This document shows positions 30,263 to 39,700 of a stretch of 64,000 nt of DNA, piece after piece. Source of the stretch: Chitinophagales bacterium (GTDB taxonomy: Bacteria > Bacteroidota > Bacteroidia > Chitinophagales > Chitinophagaceae). The translations under genes and the position numbers were made by a program. Position 1 is the stretch's first letter. The number at the start of each line of letters is the position of its first letter. The stretch covers positions 8,240 through 72,239 of the forward strand of contig JBBQEA010000002.1 of the NCBI GenBank assembly GCA_038320245.1, read 5' to 3'. Below the pieces are notes generated by a model. That model did not search any database, was not told the origin of the DNA, and was given only the letters and a program-made list of their open reading frames with translations.

Positions 30263-30277
30263 TGGCATATAAATTGT
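30263..30277 (+). promoter_or_regulatory. Sigma54-like -24/-12 motif facing the YqcI/DUF1989 pair
   Basis: TGGCATATAAATTGT: correct spacing, GT instead of GC at -12. Confidence 0.4.
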
Positions 30278-30561
30278 TTGGAAATTTTTTATTTTTTTTT
30301 GAAACACGGAAAAAAGCCCGCTATTTTTTTTTTATTGGCCATATATATCATATGTTTGCTTCATATATAGGTTAAAAAAGAATAAAACTTTTTTATCTTA
30401 AGCTTGCTACCCTAAATCTTTAATATCCTCTTACAGAATCAATATCTGTGCAATAAAATCCTCCATTGAATTTATTATTTTTTATAAATCTTATAGTTAT
30501 ATCCGTTGAAAGATTATGATTTAGGCTGTTAGCTAATTATTAATCTTAAATTATTTATGTA

Positions 30562-31254
30562 ATGCTTACAATTAACGATTGTGCGGAAGACTACTTTGCA
30601 TTTCTAGCCAATAAGGAATTTCCTTGTGTTGCTGCAAGAGCTGCCTTAAAAAAAGACCATATCCGTGTTTTTGTTGCCGACCACATGGCTTGTCCAAAAG
30701 ATGACAGGTCCATAATTGAATTCATGTATTCTTTTGTAGATGAATTCAGAGGTTCAACTAGTTTATTTCATAGCGCTGTTGTGATATTTAAGGGGCCGGA
30801 TATTTTCAATGAGCAAATGTTTGATCAATTATTGTGGCAAAGGCTTCAATCATTTGCAAATATTGATACTGAACAGTTTAACTATGATAAGAGAGTGAGT
30901 AGTGATCCCAACTCAAAGGAATTTAGTTTTAGTATTAAAGAAGAAGCATTTTATATTATTGGCCTCCATCTTGCAAGTAACAGGGAGGCACGTCGTTTTA
31001 AGTATCCGGCATTGGTATTTAACCCACATCAGCAGTTTGTTGATTTAAGAAACAGCAACAAATACGAAAAAATGAAAAAAATCGTTAGACAAAGAGACAC
31101 TATTTATTCAGGATCGGTTAACCCGATGCTGGAGGATTTTGGACAGTCTTCAGAAGTTTTTCAATACAGCGGAAGAAAATATGATGAATCCTGGCAGTGC
31201 CCTTTAAAAATTAATAATCACAAATTATCAAATGAAAATAATTCCACCACGTAG
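30562..31254 (+). CDS. YqcI/YcgG-family (DcsA/GntA-like) heme-dependent guanidino N-hydroxylase homolog
   Basis: FPCVAA motif, FEQ-like MFDQLLWQRLQ, VSSDP..FSFS, ARRF..PALVFNPHQQF. Confidence 0.85.
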   Translation: MLTINDCAEDYFAFLANKEFPCVAARAALKKDHIRVFVADHMACPKDDRSIIEFMYSFVDEFRGSTSLFHSAVVIFKGPDIFNEQMFDQLLWQRLQSFANIDTEQFNYDKRVSSDPNSKEFSFSIKEEAFYIIGLHLASNREARRFKYPALVFNPHQQFVDLRNSNKYEKMKKIVRQRDTIYSGSVNPMLEDFGQSSEVFQYSGRKYDESWQCPLKINNHKLSNENNSTT

Positions 31255-31813
31255 CGGCGTTTCTTTTATATTAAAAACTGGCCAAAGGCTTAAAGTAACA
31301 GATATACAAGGCGAACAGGTTTCAGATTTTATTTGTTACAATCTTAAAGACAAAGGTGAGTATCTATCTTCTGGTAGAACAATAGATTATGCTGAAACCA
31401 TATTTCTTACTACAGGTCATCCTTTCTATTCTAACAGAAGCAATATAATGTTTGAAATAGTTGAAGACACAGTTGGCAGACATGATTTTTTACTAACGCC
31501 CTGTAGTGCAGATACTTTCCGAATTATTTATGGCCATACCGAACCACACAGGGGTTGCTTTGGGAATTTATGTCATGCTTTAAAGGAATATGATATTGAA
31601 CCCGATGACATACCTATCAGCTTCAATATATTTATGCACGTTACAGTAAATGGAGATTCAGGAAAAGTTGACGTATTGCCACCTAAAAGTAAAGCAGGTG
31701 ATTATGTGATAATTGAAGCTAAAATGGATTTAATAGTGGGTCTAACTGCCTGTTCTGCAGAAATGTCTAATAATTATTCGTTTAAGCCAATTGGATATTT
31801 AATAGAAGACTAA
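31232..31813 (+). CDS. DUF1989 / urea carboxylase-associated (CgdA/B-like) protein
   Basis: IPPRSG, GEQVSD, DTVGRHDFLLTPC, HRGCFGNL, FNIFM, TACSA; 23-nt overlap with the upstream gene. Confidence 0.88.
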   Translation: MKIIPPRSGVSFILKTGQRLKVTDIQGEQVSDFICYNLKDKGEYLSSGRTIDYAETIFLTTGHPFYSNRSNIMFEIVEDTVGRHDFLLTPCSADTFRIIYGHTEPHRGCFGNLCHALKEYDIEPDDIPISFNIFMHVTVNGDSGKVDVLPPKSKAGDYVIIEAKMDLIVGLTACSAEMSNNYSFKPIGYLIED

Positions 31814-31865
31814 AGATTATCTTGATTATCATTTCTAAAACTAACATTTGACTTCAAACAGGAAT

Positions 31866-33593
31866 TTAATCTTTAAAAGTAATTGAGTCTTCCGTCAATT
31901 GTTTGTACATCCTACCTATTAAATAAATTCTAAATGCAAGCGTACTATTATCAATAGCTGGTTTGCCCATACTGTTATACAACAACTCTTTTAAACGAGA
32001 TGGGAAATAAATTTTTGCTAACTTTCTTAAATTATTTTTAAATCCGCCAGCTTTTTTTGCTTCTTCCGGTTGTTGCAATTTATCAACTACTTTTTTAATA
32101 AATGCTTCCGGAAAAATCTCTTTCATATAATCAGCATTTAGTTCTTCTTTCATTAAGGCAATAGCTTCTGGAATTTTAAAAATATTTCCTTTTACGTGGG
32201 TAGCATCTTCAGTAGCATATCTTATATCGGGTACAAGTTCCTTCATCGCTTCTATGAACGCTTTTCTGTCAACACGTAAAGAGTCTGATATGTTACGCAT
32301 CTGCATTAAAATTTGCCTGGATAGCAAAGGGTTTACCACTTCCACATAAGAAAGTTTAAGATCGTTTAGGGCAGCCATAATGGTAGGAATCCTAAAAGAT
32401 ACATAATAACGATCAATCAGCATCTGTGGCGTTTCGCTTTTTCGAAGATTAAGAAATTCTGGCAATTCCTGTTTTTCAAAACCAAAGGCCTGGTAATTCT
32501 CCAGGTTGCTATAATCTTCACATAGAGTAAGCCCCACCATGAGTCTTGCTCTTTTGGCATCTGTTACTTTCCCCCATCCAAAGCTTTCATCCCCACGAAT
32601 TATTCCCTGTTTTTTATTATCAAATAAAATTTTCCATAAATTAAAACCGTCGGTATAGCCTTCAATATTATCAACTCTTCCTTCACTATTCAAAATAAAT
32701 CGTTTAAAAACGGTTTCAATATTTTCTTCTGTTTTATCAGTTGTAAAATATTGATGAGGCATACCGAGTTCTTTTGCTACAAGGGCTGCTACATAAGCAT
32801 CATTGTGTTTTTTATTGAGTGATTCTTTTAATCCCCAGGTAACTGAATCTATTTTTGCTAAGTTTTTTCCGGATGCTTTTAATAAACATGCAATCGACCT
32901 GCTATCGTAACCTCCGGATAAAGGCAGTACCCATTTATTTAAATCAAATTGAAAGTCATTGAAAGAATTAATAAGGGTCTCTTTTAGCTTTTCGTACTGT
33001 TTTTTTGGAGTGCTATCAACTGCTGAAAACACAACAGGTTCACTTTTTTTACTTAACTCCCAACTTTGTCTGTTTAATAAAAGTGAGGATTGCGGCTCTA
33101 ATCTTGAAAGGTTTTTACACCAGGAGAAGGTTGGCCCTAAAGAACCCGATGAAAGCATCCATGGTATTACACGTTTGTCAAAATCAAATTTCCCCAATAT
33201 AGTAATAATGGCTCTTTGAGAGGTACCGCAAATAAACATTTTATCATCTTTATAATACCAGATAGTTCTTGACGCAGTTGTATCTGTTACAGCTTCAATG
33301 TAATTTTCATCACTCCTGAAAATGGCGAACGAACCATCAGGGTATGCAGCTAATGGCTTCCACCAATTTTTTTCCTCCGGATAGGCAATTCCCATACAAA
33401 TACTCCCGTCATGCTCTGTAATAACATCGGAGTAATTGGCAATGCCATAAATTATGTTTCCGGTTTCTACTATTTTGCAAGAAGCTTCGGGTATGTTATC
33501 CGGGACTAATTTTTTTGTTGCAACTTCAACTTTCTTTTTTATTTGAAATACATCACTGTGATTTCGAACAACTATGTAAACAGCTTTTGCCAT
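31866..33593 (-). CDS. Asparagine-synthetase-like amide ligase lacking the N-terminal Cys
   Basis: PDGSFAIFR..TD..SRTIWY Ntn-like region, LPLSGGYDSR PP-loop, GDESFG, NPLL. Start at 33593 (MAKAVYIV) is preferred over the ATA/ATT-type upstream extension. Confidence 0.8.
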   Translation of the reverse strand: MAKAVYIVVRNHSDVFQIKKKVEVATKKLVPDNIPEASCKIVETGNIIYGIANYSDVITEHDGSICMGIAYPEEKNWWKPLAAYPDGSFAIFRSDENYIEAVTDTTASRTIWYYKDDKMFICGTSQRAIITILGKFDFDKRVIPWMLSSGSLGPTFSWCKNLSRLEPQSSLLLNRQSWELSKKSEPVVFSAVDSTPKKQYEKLKETLINSFNDFQFDLNKWVLPLSGGYDSRSIACLLKASGKNLAKIDSVTWGLKESLNKKHNDAYVAALVAKELGMPHQYFTTDKTEENIETVFKRFILNSEGRVDNIEGYTDGFNLWKILFDNKKQGIIRGDESFGWGKVTDAKRARLMVGLTLCEDYSNLENYQAFGFEKQELPEFLNLRKSETPQMLIDRYYVSFRIPTIMAALNDLKLSYVEVVNPLLSRQILMQMRNISDSLRVDRKAFIEAMKELVPDIRYATEDATHVKGNIFKIPEAIALMKEELNADYMKEIFPEAFIKKVVDKLQQPEEAKKAGGFKNNLRKLAKIYFPSRLKELLYNSMGKPAIDNSTLAFRIYLIGRMYKQLTEDSITFKD

Positions 33594-33709
33594 TATGTTT
33601 GAGGTTTGAAAATTTGGGCTAATATGGGTTACAAGAATCGTTAAAATTGTAATGCAAGTAAAACTATAATAATAAATCAATCTTATTCCAAACAGTGTCT
33701 CTTATCATT

Positions 33710-36700
33710 TTAGTTACTACCATTTTTCATAACTTTTGTGCTAATCATTCGGCCGTCATCAAATTTCAATACAAGGAAATAGTATCCATTGCTGAGATTC
33801 GACATATCTACTTTTAGAAATGTTTCACTAGCTGCGGTAACGAACTCTTTTGTTATAACCAGCTTACCGCCAGCATCAAGTAAAGATAGATAGACTTTAG
33901 TGTTAGCGTCAATGGTAGTAATACTAATATTCGCTATATCATATACAGGGTTGGGGAATACTTTAAATTCATTGGAGGAGTACGGAGTATTAGAAAGCCT
34001 TGCACTTGATACAGTTAATTGCATCGTATCTTTTGCTATTGCACCACTATTATCAGTAACTGTGAATTCTAATTGATAAACTCCCTGAAAAAGATTTTCA
34101 ATGTTGGTTTCCGCTTGGGCCGGCGTTGCCAAAATAGAATTTAAGGGACCATCTATTACCCTCCAACTATAAGCTACTATCGTACCGTCTCTATCTGTGC
34201 CTTTTCCCTTTAGTATTGCATTATTTACAGGCAGTACAACATTAATGTCATCACCAGCATCTGCAACAGGTAGTTGGTTGATAACTATAGCCTTATTTAC
34301 GGTAACCTGTACTGTATCTTTTCCAATAGCTCCTTCATTATCCTTTACGGCTAACTCATATTGATAAATACCCTGAACTAAATTATTGATTAAAGTTGTT
34401 GCAGAATTTTGGGATACAATTGTTCCTGCTGCAGGGCCGGATAATTTAGTCCAGGTATAGCTGGAAATTGTACCATCTGCGTCAGTTCCGGTCCCTGTTA
34501 AAGTAAGGTAATTTACGGGTAAAGTAATTGTTTTATCAGCATCCGCATTCGATACCGGCGGCTGATTTGGTGCCGCATTAACCGTAACTTTTACCGTATC
34601 TTTTGAAGAGGCCCCATTGTTATCAGTTACAGTTAATTGAAATTGATATACACCCTGCACCAAATTGGTTATTGCAGTGTTGTTTGAATTAGGCGAAGTA
34701 ATTGATCCGGTTTCGGGTCCGGAAATTTTGACCCAGGCATAGCCGGAAATTGTACCATCCGCATCTGTTGCCGTTCCTGTTAATGTAAGGTAGTTGGTGG
34801 GTAAAGTAATTATTTTATCTACACCCGCACTCAATACCGGAGGCTGGTTTGGCGCTGCATTAACCGTAACTTTTATGGTGTCTTTTGAGGTAGCGCCATT
34901 GTTATCAATTACAGTTAATTGAAATTGATATACACCTTGCACCAAATTAGTAATGCTGGTATTGTTGGAATTAGGAGATGTTATGGTGCCAGAAGCAGCA
35001 CCAGCTATTTTCGACCATTTATAAGCGGAAATTGTTCCATCTGCATCTGTTCCGCTTCCGGTTAAGTTGATAGTATTGGTAGGAAGTGTAATTGTTTTAT
35101 CGGCTCCCGCTATAGCAATTGGTAAAATATTAATGGAAGCATTTACTGTTACCTGTACATTGTCTGTAGCTGTAGCTCCATTGTTATCTGTTACAGTTAA
35201 TTCATACCGGTAAACACCCTGAATTAAATTATTAATGACAGTATTGGCACTGGTTGGTGAAACAATAACCCCGGATGCCGGACCAGCAATTTGTTTCCAC
35301 AGATAGGAAACTATGGTGCCATCTATATCTGTTCCTGTACCTGATAAGGTTGAATTGTTTACAGGTAGTGTTATCACTTTGTTTAAACCGGCTTCAGCCA
35401 CTGGAGCCTTATTGGGGGCTGCGTTAACCGTTATCCTTACGGTATCTTTTGAGATTGCATTCATATTGTCTTTAACAGTCAATTCAAACACATATACTCC
35501 TTTTTCAAGAGCATTTACCAGGGTGACTGATGTATTTGATGAAACGATAGTTCCCGCAACCGGTCCGGAGACTTTAACCCATGCGTAACCAGCAATTGTG
35601 CCATCTGCATCCGTTCCGCTGCCACTTAAGTTTACATAGTTTACTGGCAGTGTAATTGATTGATTTAATCCTGCATCTGCTATTGGAGCCTTGTTAGGTG
35701 CCGGATTCACCGTAACCCTAATGGTGTCTTTAGCAATTGCTCCACTATTATCGGTAACAGTTAATACAAATTGATAAATTCCTTGTTGAAGGTTACTGAT
35801 TGATGTATTTGCTGAACTAGGGGAAACTATTGTTACTGAATTGGCTCCAATAATTTTTTCCCAGGCATAGCTGGCGATAGTACCGTCTGCGTCAGCACCG
35901 GTTCCGGTTAAAGTAACACTACTAACGGGTAGTGTAATAATTTTATCTCCCCCGGCATTTGCCACCGGTGGTTGGTTTGGCGCTGCGTTTACAGTTATTT
36001 TTATGGTATCTTTTGTTACTGCCCCATTATTATCGGTAACAGCTAACTGGTATAAATTTGCACCTTGTACTAAATTAGTAATAGCTGTAGTTGCTGTATT
36101 AGGTGACGCAATACTACCTGCAGCAGTACCGGAAATCTTCATCCATTTATAGCTTGTAATTGTGCCATCTTCATCAGTTCCACTGCCTGTTAAAGAAGTA
36201 TAGTTTACAGGCAATACAATAACCTTATCTAAGCCTGCATTGGCAACAGGAAACTTATTTGGAGCTTTTTTAACTGTAAACTGTACAATGTCTTTTGAGA
36301 TGGCTCCATTATTATCCGTTACAGTTAACTCAAACTTGTAACCACCATTTTTCAAATTATTGATTTCCGTGACTGCACTATCTGGAGAAACTATTACAGC
36401 TGACATTGCACCTGATATTTGTTTCCAGGAATAACGTGTAATAAAACCATCCTCATCAGTTCCACTACCAGTTAAGCTGGTACTATTGGTTGGTAGAAAA
36501 ATAACAATATTGCTTCCTGCAATGGCAACCGGCGCTTTGTTTAGCCCATCATTCACAATTACTTTTATTGTATCGGCTGAAACTAAACCGTCATTATCTG
36601 TTACTGTCAGTTTAAATTCATAAAACCCTTGTGTGAGATTGTTCACTTGTGTAGAAGCAGTATTGGGGGATACCAGAATTGCTGTACCAGGCCCTGTTAT

Positions 36701-39700
36701 TTTTGCCCAGCTATAACTAATAACAGTGCCATCCGCATCTGTGCCGTTACCAGCTAAGGTAACGCTGTCAACAGGTAAGGTAATTATCAGAGTAGTACCT
36801 GCGTTGGCTACCGGCGCCTGCCTTGGTGCCGCACTAACTGTTATTTGTATTGTATCGGCTTTAATGGCTCCATTGTTATCTGTTACACTTAATTCAAATT
36901 GAAATACACCTGCTGCCAAATTGTTTATCACAGTAGCGGCAGAATCGGGTGAAATAATAGTTCCACCATCAGGGCCGGATATTTTTGTCCAGGAATAGCG
37001 GACAATTGTACCGTCAAAGTCAGTTCCTACGCCTGTTACGTTTGTGCTGTTGATGGGCAGTTCAATAATTTGGTCTGTACCTGCATCTGCCTCGGGTAGC
37101 TGATTAACGGCTACATTTACTGTTATCTCAACTGTATCTTTAGCATTTAAACCCTTATCGTCAAGAACAGTTAGTTCAAATTTATACACACCTTGCACCA
37201 GATTATAAAATGACGTGTAAGCTGAATTGGGCGAGGAAATTAAGCCCTCATCGGGTCCCGCTATTTTAACCCAATTATAGCTCACAATTGTGCTATCAAT
37301 ATCTGAACGGGCCCCTGTAGTAGACGTACTGTTTGTTGGTAAGGTTATAGAAATATCCGATCCAGCACTTGCAACAGGCGGCTGGTTTGGTGCTGCTATT
37401 ACGGTAACTGTTACTGTATCCTTTGCATTTGCATCAGCATTATCTGTAACAATTAACCTAAACTGATAAATACCTTCTACCAAACCAACAACAGTTGTTG
37501 TAGCAGAATTTGGAGATGAAATACTACCCAAAACAGGTCCCGATATTTTTAGCCACTTATAACTAACGACCGTTCCGTCTACATCGGTTCCAATGCCAGT
37601 TAAAACTATACTGTTTAAAGGCAATTCTATTACCTGATCTGTTCCGGCATTGGCTACGGGTGGGGCCTGAACAGTATTAATATTTACAGTTACCTGAACA
37701 ATATCTGATGAAATAGCTCCATGATTATCTGTAACAGTTAATTCAAAAATATAAGTTCCTTGCTGCAGATTGCTGATAGTTGTTGAGTCATTACCAGGTG
37801 ATACAATCACGCCATTTGCCGGCCCCGAAATCTTTACCCACCTATAACTAATTACTGATCCATCTATATCTGTTCCGGTACCTTTTAGGAGGGTACTATT
37901 TGCGGGAAGAGTTACTGTCTGGTTTGAACCTGCATTGGCTACCGGTGCATGGTTGATTGCGGAGTCTACTCTTATTAAAATAGTATCTAAAGAAACAGCT
38001 CCATTGTTATCGGTAACACTTAACTCATATTGAAATTCACCCACCTCCAAATTATTAATTACTGTAGTGAATGAAGTAGGGGAGAGAATAGTTCCGCCGG
38101 TAGGCCCAGCTATTTTAACCCAGGAATAGTTGGTTATTGTTCCATCAAAATCGATACCGTTGCCAGTTAGGGTGGTAGTGTTTACTGGCAATACTATAAT
38201 TTGATCTGCTCCGGCATCAGCCACTGGCAGTTGGTTTGCTGCTGCATTTACAGTTAGCTGTACCGTATCCTTAGCAATGGCTCCTTTATTATCCTGAACA
38301 GTCAGTTCAAAAAGATATACTCCCTCCACCAAACTATTCACCGAGGTAACAGCAGAATTAGGAGAGCTAATTGTACCTGTAACAGCGCCGCCTATTTTTA
38401 CCCATTTGTAGCTGGTAATTACTCCATCCGTATCCTTACCACTACCGGTTAAAGTAGCAATATTTGTTGGCAAAGTAACTAGTATGTCTGCACCTGCGTC
38501 TGCAACAGGCGGTATATTAGGAGCAACAGCTAATCCGTTAGGAATTAATATTTTACTTCCCCATGCGGGTATTGTAACTGAATTATTATAAATATTTCCA
38601 AACACATCTTTTTTACTGAGTCCTGAAAATGAGATTACTTTGGGACTGTTGCTGGCATTGTATTCCAGTGTGCCTGTGTTATCTGCCACATAGGTACCAT
38701 GTCTTTCAAAACCAATTGTGCCATTTACGAAAGCAATTGTTCTGGCAGACTGAATATATCCAGTCCCATTTTTCAATACAGTTATTTCACTCATTGATGA
38801 ATCTATGCCAGCTCTTAATGAGTAGTAATTACTGTCAACCGTTCCTAAATTTTGTATTGATTGAAGTACGGTAATATTAGGTTCATCTCTTGCACCGTTG
38901 GTAAAAGCAAAGCGATATGGGTAAAAAATATTTTTTGTTACCCTTAATCCTATAACTGTTCTACCTATTTTGCTTCCTCCAAACCTTTGAGTAGAATAAC
39001 CTTTTAATGTATTAAATGTTGTATTGTTAGTGAATGTTATGTACCTGTTATTATTACCATGTAAGCCTGCATCAGGCATGTTGGCAACTGTATTGGAGTC
39101 GAATGTTACATTGTAAGCGCCATCATCTGCATATAAGCCATTCACTGACACATCAGATGGATCACTTGTGCCATTACCCTGCCCAATTCCGTTAACAACT
39201 ATATTACTTACTACTTTTCTGTTAAATCTTGGCAAGTAGGCACTGGTATCAAAAGTTGCCTCTGACGTATATATACCTGCACCGTCATCCCTTACTTTAC
39301 AATAAGTATCAACAAGATTGTATTTAATAAATGCGTTGTTGCCGTACCATGCAATTCCTCCATATCCACAATTGGTTATTTTACAATTTAAAATATATAC
39401 ATTACTTCCTGCCCGGTTCAAAATACCATTGCCACCATTGTTTTCATTGCTTGTTTCCATTCCGGCTATTAACGCTGTGCTATCAACGATACAATTTGAA
39501 ATGGAAGAAAGTGTTGTATTACCATCGTTACTAACCTGAATTCCGGAACCTAAACTATTTCGGGTAGTACAACGGTCCACAACCACATTAGTAGCAGAAA
39601 ATACGCTTATTGCCTCAGCGCCACTATTACTTACATCACAATTTTTAATCTGATGATTTGCACCAGATAAAATGTGAATTGCTTTTTTACCTGCTCCAAT

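Noticed and set aside
30278-30561. Guanidine riboswitch upstream of the DUF1989 pair
   Set aside because: No paired ACGR-loop hairpins or ykkC-like conserved core visible by eye. An Rfam scan would be needed to exclude it fully.
30562-31254. Guanitoxin or D-cycloserine biosynthesis cluster
   Set aside because: Only the N-hydroxylase homolog is present; none of the other gnt or dcs genes are in the window.
31866-33593. Lasso peptide cyclase interpretation of the AsnB-like gene
   Set aside because: No B1/B2 (RRE or transglutaminase-like) genes or precursor peptide nearby; the glycan context fits better.
34011-38518. Regularly spaced repeats as a possible CRISPR array or mobile repeat
   Set aside because: Period is ~282 bp, in frame and degenerate at third positions: coding domain repeats. 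No cas genes.
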